64,000 nt of DNA, from positions 3,410,001-3,474,000 of the forward strand of contig NC_091986.1 in the NCBI RefSeq assembly GCF_044704955.1, read 5' to 3'. Both the position numbers and the translations under genes were made by a program. Positions 12,035 through 23,560 of this stretch are shown piece by piece. The stretch comes from Pristiophorus japonicus. Lineage: Eukaryota. The notes beneath the pieces are model-generated. The model was not told the DNA's origin. It made no database searches and was given only the letters and a program-made list of their open reading frames with translations. Within the stretch, counting starts at the first letter, position 1, and every line of letters begins with the position of its first letter.

Positions 12035-12745
12035 AAAAACAGACCTTGCATTTATCTAATGCTTTTCATGACTTTATGATGCCCCAAAGCGCTTTACAGT
12101 CAATGAAATACTTTTTGAAGTGCAGTCACTCAGTAATATCGGAAAATGTGGTAATTTGTGCACAGTAAGGACCCACAAATCATCATCATAGGCGGTCCCT
12201 CGAACAAGGATGACTTGCTTCCACGAGTTCACAGATGTTTCAATGAAGGACTCGATATTCCAGTCCTGAACTCCAGGGGTGGAAGATGCCTGTGTGTGGA
12301 TTTTTTTAACGTGTGGTGGCCGTTGCACACCAGACACCACACGGGCTTGGCAGAGTTAGGTCTTGGTTCCATGGCAAGGGCTAACCAAGACGACGTATCG
12401 CAGTGTGGGCTGGTCCGTGCTGCCCCTGGGCCCACGGCTCTTTTGGGCCCTGTACCCTCATTTGCTGCATCTCTCGCCGCTCATCCGCACCGACCTTCCC
12501 GCTCTTCCGCTGTATCAGGGCTGCGCTGATGTTCCTGCCCACGCTCCAAATGGTGACCTGGGTTTTGATGATGTCATCCAGTCGCCCACCTTGAAATCAT
12601 CGCACACTTGGAATGCTGGAAGTTGTAGTGATATGTTCTTTTATAGCCCGACCTGCGGAGGTGTTCTCTCACGGATCGCGGGCCACAATATACAACAACA
12701 TGAAAGATAATCTGTTCTTTTTAAGTGATGCTGGCTGAGGTAAAA
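12035..12745 (-). mobile_element. Deu-domain SINE (SacSINE1/AmnSINE-like) fragment, interrupted by the RTE-tailed element
   Basis: Reverse complement of the ...CACTTCAAAAAGTATTTCATTG.CTGTAAAGCGCTTTGGG...ATAAATGCAAG motif; resumes at ~12690 with AGATAATCTGTT. Confidence 0.7.
12180..12682 (-). mobile_element. Non-autonomous RTE-tailed retroposon, full-length copy 1
   Basis: 3' end GTGGAAGCAAGTCATCCT...GGGACCGCCT(ATG)n is shared with RTE 3' ends in this window; homologous to 48511-49056; CCACAA on both flanks. Confidence 0.8.
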
Positions 12746-13106
12746 AAAAATTCAATTTTTAGCTACATCCAAGATTCAAATGAGCTAACAAACATTACAC
12801 TGACAACTGGGAAATCTGAAAAACGCTTTCGTTGTTTGAACAGTTCACCATAGTTCCCTCGTTGCACAATGTTGGCACTCTAAACTGCTGTGCAACGGAA
12901 GCCACATGGAAAAGAAGAAACAATGCAAATCGTCACTTCACTGCACTTTGCACAGAGATTTTGAACAAATATTTTGCATCGGTCTTCATGGTCGAAGACA
13001 CTAAAAACATCACAATAATTGATATTCAAGGACTACTGCGGGGTGGGAGGGAATTTAAAACAATCATTATCACTAGAGATAAAGTACTAGGCAAACAAAT
13101 GGGACT

Positions 13107-13634
13107 AAAGGTGGATATGTCCCCTGGACCAAAGGTGGATATGTCCCCTGAACCAAAGGTGGATATGTCCCCTGGACCAAAGGTGGATATGTCCCCTGGA
13201 CCAAAGGTGGATATGTCCCCTGGACTAAAGGTGGATATGTCCCCTGGACCAAAGGTGGATATGTCCCCTGGACCAAAGGTGGATATGTCCCCTGGACCAA
13301 AGGTGGATATGTCCCCTGGACCAAAGGTGGATATGTCCCCTGGACCAAAGGTGGATATGTCCCCTGGACCAAAGGTGGATATGTCCCCTGGACCAAAGGT
13401 GGATATGTCCCCTGGACCAAAGGTGGATATGTCCCCTGGACTAAAGGTGGATATGTCCCCTGGACCAAAGGTGGATATGTCCCCTGGACCAAAGATGGAT
13501 ATGTCCCCTGGACTAAAGGTGGATATGTCCCCTGGACTAAAGGTGGATATGTCCCCTGGACTAAAGGTGGATATGTCCCCTGGACTAAAGGTGGATATGT
13601 CCCCTGGACTAAAGGTGGATATGTCCCCTGGACC
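13107..13634 (+). repeat. Minisatellite, 22 x 24 bp AAAGGTGGATATGTCCCCTGGAC(C/T)
   Basis: 528 bp = 22 units, matching 22 K(V/M)DMSPxx repeats in the ORF track. Confidence 0.97.
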
Positions 13635-13653
13635 GGATGGCCCACATCCGAGG

Positions 13654-13857
13654 TGTCATGTCTGTATGTTTGGTTTACTAGCCACCAAGTGGCGCCACTG
13701 TCGGAGGTCATTGGGCTGTGCGCACGTGTGTGCGGCCCAGGTATAAAAGGCCAGCCATCTTGTAATGTGATCACTTCGGCCCGAATAAAGTAGAGTCAGG
13801 TTTGTACCTGTTCGGAGTTTACAGTATTCAGTCTATTGAGTTATTGCTTATACAACA
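13654..13857 (+). repeat. 5' LTR of the Gypsy element
   Basis: TGTCATG...ACAACA termini; TATAAAAG at ~13742; AATAAA at ~13784; direct repeat of 17970-18129. Confidence 0.9.
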
Positions 13858-13859
13858 TT

Positions 13860-13870
13860 TGGTGACGAGG
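13860..13870 (+). other. Primer-binding site, best fit tRNA-Ser(GCU)
   Basis: TGGTGACGAGG just after the LTR; complement of the vertebrate tRNA-Ser(GCU) 3' end (TGGCGACGAGG) with one CpG transition. Confidence 0.7.
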
Positions 13871-13877
13871 TAACAAG

Positions 13878-16800
13878 ATGTATGCAAAAATGACTCAATT
13901 CGTGGAGGGAGAAGTTTGGGCAGACTGTGTAGCCCGCTTGAACCAGTACTTCGTGGCCAAAAAAATGGAGGAAGAGGCAATAGCAGTTCGGCGCCAGGCG
14001 GTCCTCCTCACGGTTTGCGGTCCGAAAATCTATGGACTCAAAGAATCTCCTCTCATCCTTAAGTCCAACGGACAAGGACTATGAAACATTGTGTGCTCTG
14101 GTACGTGACCATCTCAAACCAGATGAAGGCAGCACCATCTTAAGTTACCGATTCTATACGCAAGTTCGTTCTGAGGGCCAGGATGCATCGGAATTCGTTG
14201 CTGACCGAAGACGTCTAGCTGGATCGTGTAAGTTTGAAACTGCGTTGGCAGACATGCTGCGGGACTTCTTTGTAATCGGCATCAACCACAAGGTGATCCT
14301 GTGTAAGCTACTGGCAGTGGAGACGCTGGATTTGAGCAAGGCCATCATGATTGCTCAATCATGCATGACGACGGACAAAAGCTTAAAGCAGATATCATCG
14401 AAAAAATCGGAACTCGGCAAGAGCTGTAAACAAGATAGTATCGCCGTTTGGCAGAGCTGCATATGGCAGGGCCTATCCGACTGTGTACGCGAAACCTGTA
14501 ACTGCTCCAACTCCGCCAACAGGAATGAATCCGATATCACCGTGTTGGTGTTGTGGGGGAAATCATTGGCATCATCAGTGTCGGTTTAAACAGTATATTT
14601 GTAAAGGCTGCTTGAGAGTGGGGCATCTCCAGCGCATGTGTCCGCAACTGAGCAAGCGTGCTGTGACAGACCACGTGGAGGATGATGACCAGTCTAGCGC
14701 GGATCCGGATATGCAATCCAAGATACCAGAGGAGGCAGTATATGGACTGTATTCATTCCTAACAAAGAGCCAACCGATAATGATTAATGTAAAACTTAAT
14801 GGTGTGCTGGTATCGATGGAATTGGACACGGGTGCGAGTCAATCAATAATGAGTCAGAGAACATTCCACAGGCTGTGGGATACTAAAGTTGTGAGGCCTA
14901 AGCTGAGTCCAGTCAATGCCAAGTTGCGTACGTACACGAAAGAATTCATAACGGTGATTGGCAGTGCAGTAATCAAGGTGTCGTATGATGGTGTGGTTCA
15001 CGATTTGCCATTATGGATTGTTCCAGGCAACAGTCCAACGCTGTTCAGCAGGAATTGGCTAGAAAAAAATCAAATCGAACTGGAATGAGCTCAAAGCATT
15101 GTCGTCGGAGGAGGATACTCCATGTGCTGAGCAAGTTCCCCTCGCTGTTTGAACCAGGCATCGACAATTTCACGGGAGCCAAGGTACAGATCCACGTGGA
15201 CTCAGATGCAAGACCTGTCCATCATAAAGCTCGGGCAGTTCCGTACATGATGAGGGAGAAGGTCGAAATCGAACTGGACAGACTCCAGCATGAAGGGATC
15301 ATATCACCGGTCAAATTTAATGAATGGGCCAGCCCCATTGTTCCCGTGTTGAAAAGTGATGGCACTGTCAGGAGACTACAATGTTACGATCAACCGAGTT
15401 TCGAAACAAGATCAATACCCGTTACCCAAGGCTGATGACCTGTTTGCAACACTAGCTGGTGGGGGGGGGGGGGGGGGGGCGGGGAAGTCGTTCACTAAAC
15501 TGGATCTTACGTCGGCCTACATGACAGAGGATCTGGTTGACATGTCGTAGAAACTTACGTGCATTAACACTCATAAAGGACTGTTTTTCTACAACAGGTG
15601 CCCTTTTGGAATTCGCTCTGCTGCAGCCATATTTCAGAGGAACGTGGAGAGTTTACTGAAGTCCGTCCCCAGAACCATCGTGTTCCAAGATGACATCCTG
15701 ATCACAGATCATGACTCCGAGGAACATCTGAACAACCTGGAAGAGGGTCTACATTGTCTGGACAAAGTGGGATTCAGACTGAAATGTCGAAGTGCGTCTT
15801 CATGGCACCGGATGTTCAAATTCCTGGGGAGGAAAACTGCTGCTGATGGCATCAGGTCTATGGACTTGAAAACCAAGGCCATCAAAAATGCACCCAAGCC
15901 TCAAAATGTGACGGAGCTGCATTCGTTCCTTGGTTTACTCAACTACTTTGGTAATTTCCGACCTAGATTGAGCACCTTATTAGAGCCACTGCACATGCTG
16001 CTAGGAAAAAGCGATGACTGGGTTTGGGGTGCATCTCAAGATAGAGCTTTTGGGAAAGCTACTAATCTGCTTTGCTCAAATAAGCTGACGGTACATTATG
16101 ATCCGTGTAAGCATCTAGTATTGGCCTGTGATGCTTCGTCATATGGAGTTGGTTGCGTGCACCAACAAGCTAATGAGTCGGGCAAATTACAACCTGTTGC
16201 ATATGCTTCAAAAAGTTTGTCAAAGGCAGAAAGAGCCTACAGCATGGTAGAGAAAGAAATACTAGCCTGTGTGTATGGGGTTAAAAAGATGCATCAGTAC
16301 CTGTTTGGTCTTCGGTTTGAACTGGAAACAGATCACAAGCCACTCATTTCATTGTTTTCGGAAAACAAAGGTATCAATACCAACGCATCGTCCCGCATCC
16401 AGAGGTGGGCGCTGACATTATCTGCCTATGATTATGTAATTCGCCATCGACCTGGCACCGAGAATTGTGCCGATGCACTGAGCCTTCTGCCGTTGCCCAC
16501 ACCGGAAGTGGAAATGCCACAACCTGCAGACCTACTGTTAGTCATGGATGCTTTTGAAAGTGAAGGAACCCCTGTCACGGCCCAACAAGTTAAGACCTGG
16601 ATCAGCCAGGACCCGATATTATTGGTTGTGAAATACTGTATCCTTAGTGGTGATTGGTCTGCCATAACCAAGCAAATGTGTGAGGAGACCAAACCTTACA
16701 TCCATCGCAAAGACGAACTATCCATTCAATCAGATTGTATGTTGTGGGGTAATCGTTTTGTTATGCCCAAGAAAGGCAGAGAGAAATTTGTGCATGATCT

Positions 16801-17936
16801 ACATAGCACGCATCCCGGTATTGTCATGATGAAAGCCATTGCCAGGTCTCATATATGGTGGCCAGGAATTGATTCTGATCTGGAATCATGCGTGCATCAG
16901 TGCAACATCTGCATGCAGCTAAGTAAAGCACCAGCGGAATCGCCGCTGAGTCTGTGGTCGTGGCCATCTAAACCATGGTCCAGGATCCACATCGACTTTG
17001 CAGGTCCCTTCCTGGAAAAGATGTTCTTAGTTGTGGTGGATGCTTATTCCAAGTGGATAGAGTGTATAATCATGTGATCCAGTACATCCACAGCTACCAT
17101 TAAGAGCCTTCGTGTCATGTTTGCTATGCATGGTCTGCCCGACATCGTTGTATGCAACAATGGATTTTGCTTCACTAGTATGGAGTTTCAAGAGTTCATG
17201 AAACTCAATGGTATCAAACATGAGGTCAGCACCATTCAAACCCGCATCTAATGATCAAGCAGAGCGTGCACTCCAAACCATCAAGCAGAACATGAAATGT
17301 GTAACTCAAGGTTCACTGCAAACTCACTTAGTTACAGGACAAGACCCCACACGCTTACCGGGATCTCCCCTGCTGAACTATTGATGGAGAGGTCTCAAGA
17401 CCAAGCTCTCTCTTGTCCACCCCGACTTGAATAATCGTGTCAAATACAGACGTGAAAGTCAGCAGTGGTATCATGATCGCGCTGCTGTGTCACGCGACAT
17501 TTCTATCAATGCTCCTGTGTATGTACTGAATTATGGTCAAGGTCCCAAATGGATTGCCGGTACTGTTACGGCCAAAGAGAGTAACAGAGTGTTTATCGTC
17601 AAGCTCAAGAATGGGCAGACATGCAGGAAACATGTTGATCAGATCAAGCTGCGGCATACGGATGAAGCGGAACAGTCTGAGGAAGACACAATCAGTGACC
17701 AACCAAACTACTCTCAGTCATCAGAGGACTCTGCTGTCATCAATGACTCTGGACTTTCAATCACTGACATGGTCAATGACTCTGGACTTTCAATCCCTGA
17801 CGTGGTCATTGCCACTCCCATCAGATCAGCTATCCAGCCCCCAGTCATAACAGACTCAGAACACTCGCCCAAGGCTGGAGTTGAACTGAGACATTCAACT
17901 CTTGAGCGGAAAGCCCTGGACCATCTCAATTTGTAA
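13878..17936 (+). pseudogene. Gypsy gag-pol, multiple frameshifts and stops
   Basis: Consecutive ORF fragments 13878-14084, 14032-14589, 14483-15088, 15013-15435, 15356-15550, 15644-17077, 17427-17936 carry gag, PR, RT, RH and IN motifs. Confidence 0.92.
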
Positions 17937-17969
17937 AAAGACCGTTACTAAAATCTCAAAGGGGGATAT

Positions 17970-18129
17970 TGTTATGTATGTATACTTGGATGTTCTAGCC
18001 ACCAGGTGGCGCCACTGTCGGAGGTCATTGGGCTGTGCGCACATGTGTGGGCCCAGGTATTAAAGGCCAGCCATCTTGTAATGTAATCAATTTGGGCCCT
18101 AATAAAGTAGAGCCAGGTTTGTACCTGTT
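17970..18129 (+). repeat. 3' LTR of the Gypsy element, 3'-truncated; preceded by polypurine tract AAAGGGGGA
   Basis: Aligns with the 5' LTR up to TTTGTACCTGTT (roughly 10% differences by eye); last ~45 bp absent. Confidence 0.88.
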
Positions 18130-20095
18130 AAAAGAAGTGGCTGCAGAGATAGTGGATGTATTGGTTTTAATCTACCAAAATTCCCTGGATTCTGAGGAGG
18201 TCCCAGTGGACTGGAAAACCGCAAATGCAACACCCCATTTGAGAAAGGAGGGAGAGAGAAAGCACGAAACTATAGACCAGTTAGCCTAATATCTGTCATT
18301 GGGAAAATGCTGGAGTCCATTATTAAAGTAGTAAGCAGGACATTTACAAAAATCATTTAGCAGTCAAGCAGAGTCAGCATGGTTTTATGAAAGGGAAATC
18401 ATGTTTGACAAATTTGCTGGAGTTCTTTGAGGATGTAACAAGCAGAATGGATAAAGGAGAACCAGTGTATGTTGTATATTTGGATTTCCAGAAAGCATTC
18501 GATAAGGTGTCACATAAAAGGTTACTGCAGAAGATAAGAGCTCACGGGGTTGGGGGTAATATATTAGTGTGGATAAAGGATTGGCTAACTAACAGAAAAG
18601 AGAGTCGGGATAAATGGGTCATTTTCAGGTTGGCAAAATGTAACTAGTGTGGTGCCACAGGGATCAGTGCTGGGGCCTCAACTATTTACAATTTATATTA
18701 ATGACGTGGATGAAGGGACTGAGTGTAACATAGCCAAATTTGATGATGATACAAAGATAGTGGGAAAGAAGTTGTGAGGAGGATGCAAAGAATCTACAAA
18801 GGGATGTAGACAGGCTCAGTGAGTGGGCCCATATTTGGGAGATGGAATATAATGTGGGAAAATGTGACTTTATCCACTTTGGTAGGAGAAATAAAAAAGC
18901 GAATTATTATTTAAATGGGGAGAGATCACAAAACGCTGCAGTACAGAAGGATCTGGGGGTTCTTTTACATGAAATGTAAAAAGTTAGTATGCAGGTACAG
19001 CAAGTAATCAGAGAGGCAAATTGAATGTTGGCCTTTATTGCAAGGGGGATGGAGTATAAAATTAGGCAAGTCCTGCTCCAACTGTACAGGGCATTGGTAA
19101 GATTACACCTAGAGTACTGCGTACAGTTTTGGTCTCCTTATTTAAGGAAGGATATACTTGCATTGGAGGCAGTTCAGAAGGTTCACGAGGTTGATTCCTG
19201 AGATGAAGGGGTTGTCTTATTAAGAAAGGTTGAGTAGGTTGGGCCTATACTCATTGGAGTTTGGAAGAATGAGAGGTGATCTTATTGAAACACATACGAT
19301 TCTGAGGGGGCTTGACAGGTAGATGCAGAGAGGATGTTTCCCCTCATGGGGGAATCTAGAACTTGGGGGTATTGTTTTAGAATAAGGGGTCGCCCATTTA
19401 AAACAGAAATGAAGAGAAATTTCTGCTCTCAGAGGGTCATGAATCTTTGGAATTCTCTGCCCCAGAGAGCTGTGGGTCTTTGAATATATTTAAGGTGGAG
19501 ATAGACAGATTTTTGAGTGATAATGGAGTAAAGGGTTATGGGGAGTGGGCAGGGAAGTGGAGCTGAGTCCATGATCAGATCAGCCATAATCTTATTGAAT
19601 GACAGAGCAGGCTCGAGGGACCAAATGGCCGACTCCTGCTCCTATTTCTTATGTTCTTATGTACTCTCCAGATCGTCCTAATGACCAGTTCTGGATTGCC
19701 ATTGGAAATCGCTACCTCGCCACTCTCTCACCCAGGGCATATTGTGTGAGACAAGGCGAGAACATTCAAAATAATTCACCAAAAGTAAAATCATATACAT
19801 TTCCTGCACTAGTAAAATATTTTCATGATAATTCAATAAATCAATAATTCAGTCACCAACTCGTTTAAGCATTTTGCACACTAATTCAAGAGATTAAATC
19901 CAAGCCCAACTGCCGATCCAGTTCTCAGCAATGATATACTGCAAAGATTTACAATCAGTTAAGCTTCACTGGCAGCAGACTTCTGAGGACAGAACCATTT
20001 AATGAAACTTGAAACATGTTCTGAAGTGCAACTTAAGACAAAATAGCAAACTCCCTGCACAGCAGCTGTCTTATCAGTAACAGTGCAACATCAGT

Positions 20096-20177
20096 GGTAG
20101 TGTGGCTGAGCAGTCTAAGGTGCTGGATTAAGGCTCCAGTGTCTCGGGAGGGCTCTCTTTGAATCCCACCACTGCTA
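20096..20177 (+). pseudogene. tRNA-Leu(AAG) pseudogene / tRNA-derived head
   Basis: 82 nt colinear with vertebrate tRNA-Leu-AAG (GGTAGCGTGGCCGAGCGGTCTAAGGCGCTGGATTAAGGCTCCAG...GAATCCCACCGCTGCCA); anticodon AAG at 20130-20132; many CpG transitions; T-stem broken. Confidence 0.85.
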
Positions 20178-20195
20178 GAGTTTAAATTTGTTGAA

Positions 20196-20468
20196 CTTTC
20201 CATTTCGGACTGAGATGAGGAGAAATTTAGTCACTCGGAGGATAGTGAATCTTTGGAATTCTCTCCTCCAGAGGGCTGTGCAGGCTCAGTCTTTGAGGAG
20301 ATTCACTCAGAGATCGATAGATTTTTGGAAATTAAGGGCATCAAGGGATATGGGGATCGAGTGGGAAAGTGGAGTTGAGGGAGAAGATCAGCCATAATCT
20401 CATTGAATGGCCGAGCAGGCTCGAGGGGCCGAATGGCCGACTCCTGCTCCTAACTCTGATGAGCTTAT
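20196..20468 (+). mobile_element. CR1 3'-end fragment
   Basis: PFRTEMRRN..IVNLWNSL; 3' hairpin GGGCCGAATGGCCGACTCCTGCTCC. Confidence 0.88.
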
Positions 20469-20644
20469 TGCTCTTCTTACTTATTATTGTTACCGAGGTT
20501 CCTCTTCAGATGCAAAAGTGCAGTAACTGCATCAGGAGATAAGCTGACAATATTTTGTGTCAAGAAAAACTGCCCTAAACTTCTTTTTCAAATTGCAGTG
20601 TTTGTCATCGAAACATAGAAAATGTCAAGATTGGATAAGACTAT

Positions 20645-21965
20645 GGGGGGAATGTTTCAGGGGGTCAGCACGTGTGGCTGGTGGTGGGTCGGGGGGGGGG
20701 GGGGGAATGTTTTGACAGTGGGTCAGGAACCCGCTGTTGACCCACTGCCACACTACTTTCCCAGATGTCGGGTCTGTCAGCACTGAGCAGATCCAACACA
20801 CTGGCAGGGGAAGGCAATTCAGGTCATTATCACCTCGATAACAGCCCATTAAACATTTTTTTGAGCTCATTTACCATTTTATCAGGTTGTCCATGGGGTC
20901 TACGCTACTTGGGGATCGCGTCAGGTGAAGAGATCGGGAGTTGTGTTGCCATGTAATTATTTCTTTACCTGACAGCTGCAAATGTGCCATAAATGCTCCC
21001 GCCTCACAGCTGTTCACTCTCCAAGACCAGAAGCGGCTGCTTACTGCATTTGGAGACAGATTGAGCTTTATGCAGGTTGCAAATATTTGGAGCAAACTCT
21101 CCATCCCAGTGTCGTCTCATTGGAACAACCTCTCTCACCATTGACAGATCGCTTCTGTCATCTCAAGTCCACCTGCCATCTATTACGTTACCATCGGTGC
21201 ACTTGAAACTACATCACCTTGGTCCTCAGAATCCCACCACGATCAGCCCCAACACCAGCAGCACCAGGCACACCAGCAGCACCAACAACAACACCAACCT
21301 TCTCTGCAATCACCTGATGCTGCACAGGACACAGGGCATCAGCAACCAACCGACCACATTGCTGCCCGGGAAGCGTCAAGCGTTAATGTTTCCCTGCTCT
21401 CAAAAATTGGCTTTAATGCCTCAGGAAGGAAGTGAAGCACTAAATCACGCGTTCTATTCCTTCTTGGAGCGCTAAAGGACGTGGGCAGGGCGGAGACTTA
21501 CACAGCGCTGCACACTGGGCCGTTCAACGCTGCTGTGTACAATGGACCCTTCTCTCCCTTAAAGGGAAGGGCCATGGCTTGGACCACAAGTGAGTGATCA
21601 ACCTGTGTGATCAGCCTGGCACAGAGCAGGGTTGCCTGGCTGACCGAGCATAGGCAGGAACCTGGCGTAGAAGCCGGCATCAACAAAGGTACGTTTATTT
21701 TTTTTTTACTTATCTCGGCCACCTCGTCTTTAATTGTCGCCCCGCTAGCAGCCGGCCGCCTGATCCCTGCCTCCTGCAGCTGTCGGTGTTCTTGCCCGGC
21801 GCGATGAGCACGGCAATGACATCACGATCTCTGGGCGCAGGAGACCGGGGCACAACGCCATAGCGCCACCGCTAAACCCCCAAACAATGTCTGTGCCGCG
21901 CACGGTCGCAAAGGCATTTACGCCCCGTTATAACCTTCACAAGCGCTAATTGCACCCAATTTGCC
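20645..21965. mobile_element. Probable non-autonomous PIF/Harbinger-like DNA element(s)
   Basis: GC/CpG-rich block with motifs seen in other Harbinger-like relics here (CCCTTAAAGGG, AGGTACG..poly-T, TGACATCA); no clean TIR pair. Confidence 0.4.
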
Positions 21966-21979
21966 GAACAATTTTAAAT

Positions 21980-23560
21980 TCATATGCCTGCTTAGCCATT
22001 TCAACAGTTCTTTTGCATTTTCTAAAGTTTTCCCTGATATGATTCTTAATTGTTGTAGATATATTCACTTTATCCCTAAAGGCTTTCATTGTCTTCCCAA
22101 TCCTTCAGGCTGACCTTCATCACCCACTATTCTCCCGATAACTCCTAGTTATGAATACCATTACCCTCTCAAGCAGCTTTCTCAGTATGTTCTATGTCGC
22201 TGCCACTCTATCCACTTTTACAGCCCTGACCCATTCTCCTCTTATCTCCGTGAACATTCTTCTAAAATGTGCTTTGCAAAGTTCAGTATTCTAAAATGGT
22301 ACTGGTACTACTTCCCTTCCCATTCCTTACTCTGAGCATTATGACTCTATGATCACTGTCCTCCAGCTGCTCCCCCACCACCTCCTAAAACTGTCGATTT
22401 ATTAAAGGTCAACGTTAGCTCAAGTACAGTCTCATTTCTACTCACTAGAATATGTTGTTCCATGTGACAGTTCCCTTACCTCATCTTGTAATTCCTGACT
22501 TTTTAATCCCGAGCATTTCCCAGACTCATTCAATTTCTGCGTCATTGCAACATCCCACTATTAAAACAATACCTTTGCTGGATGGACTCGATTTTCCCTC
22601 CCTCGGCAGGTCGGTGGCGAGCGATGCCGGTGGCGGGACCTGCCCTCCCTCGCTGCTGGTTCCATCCCGTCCTCCGACATGACGTTCCCCAGATGGGGCT
22701 CGTTATGCCCCGCCCAGAGAGTTCCCCAGCCCATTGAAGGAAGCGGGTCTGATGATGTCATTCGATGACGCGGCATCAACCAGTTTCCTTTAAGGGACCC
22801 GTCACCACTTTGATTCTGACAGTTGTGCTGTCGGTGTTCTACAGCATTGAGGTGCTGCAAACACTGACACATGGCACAGAGGGGGCGCGGCTGTACCCAG
22901 GCTCTCCCATCACTCCCTCCAGATACTTATGGAGGGAGTCACAGCATGCAGGGAGGTCCTCTTCTCTTCCAATGGGTGGAAGAGACCTCTCCACGACACC
23001 AACGCAACCTGTTTGGCCACGACCAGTAAATCGGCCATTATTTTTCCAATTCCCCACCTCCCCATTAATTTTCGCTGTGTGAGCCTGCCACAGCTTCATG
23101 GAGCATTACCGAATTTTCGCTCCGGGCCGAAAAGGAATCGCTGCGCATGGTGATGACGCCGTTACCAGATTGCCACGGGGTGCTACCGGTACCGCCGCTC
23201 CGCTGAACTCCCGTGGAATTTCGCGGGACTCGTTCGGGGCGTTGCGCCCTGCCGAGAAGTCGTTTGTGCCCCATTAGCACCCCCAACAGGAGGTGCAAAC
23301 ACCCCGAATTTCTCCCCTTCAGTCTCTTCCGTGTGCTCTCTGATGTCTTGGCTCGCTGTACTCTTAGGCTATCCTTTTAATAAAATGCAGATCCTCCACA
23401 TATATCTATCCTGAACAGATTTGACCTGCCGGTGCCCCATTCATGCTCTACCCCTCCAAGTTTCCGTTATACCCATAATGATGACATTTCTTTTCAATTC
23501 TTCTAATTCAGATATTTCTGTTGCTACATTTCTATCTCGATCTCTATTATTTGTGTCTCA
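21980..23560 (-). mobile_element. Ancient CR1 APE-region remnant, split by a DNA element
   Basis: Minus-strand GEQLEDSDHRVI at ~22340-22378 resembles the APE SDH motif; heavily decayed. Confidence 0.5.
22584..23317. mobile_element. Probable Harbinger-like non-autonomous element
   Basis: CpG-rich insert with TIR-like ends GGACTCGATTTT / GAATTTCTCCCC; internal CCTTTAAGG and a decayed Myb-like ORF start. Confidence 0.5.

Larger units (their letters stand above)
13654..18129 (+). mobile_element. Ty3/Gypsy LTR retrotransposon (Mag/K02A2.6-like), decayed
   Basis: Two LTRs, PBS, PPT; gag with tandem CCHC-type knuckles; LDTGA protease; VFQDDIL RT; LACDASSYG RNase H; HSTHPG..CVHQCNIC and IDFAGPF integrase, in Gypsy order. 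Confidence 0.95.
12953..19662 (+). mobile_element. 5'-truncated CR1 LINE hosting a minisatellite and a Gypsy element; own pieces 12953-13653 and 18128-19662
   Basis: LNKYFASVF..GLKVD.SPGPDG.HPR | LKEVAAEIVD..GKSCLTNLLEFF..YLDFQKAFD; TTCTTATGTTCTTATGT tail at ~19646-19662. Confidence 0.9.

Noticed and set aside
12795-12887. Minus-strand terminal exon (QFRVPTLCNEG...)
   Set aside because: Acceptor is plausible, but a 30-codon frame is expected by chance and there is no other support
13107-13634. CRISPR array
   Set aside because: Head-to-tail units with no spacers, derived from CR1 ORF2; eukaryotic context with no cas genes
12832-13774. 304 aa (+) and 233 aa (-) repeat-protein ORFs
   Set aside because: Open only because the 24 bp unit lacks stops; flanks are decayed CR1 and LTR sequence
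17740-17805. 33 bp in-frame tandem duplication at the end of the Gypsy pol
   Set aside because: Real, but an ordinary slippage event in a low-complexity tail of a dead element
13654-18129. Endogenous retrovirus
   Set aside because: No env region between integrase and PPT; motifs are Gypsy-type
20096-20177. Functional tRNA-Leu gene
   Set aside because: T-stem and box B are disrupted (CTCTCTTTGAATCCCAC) and CpGs are decayed
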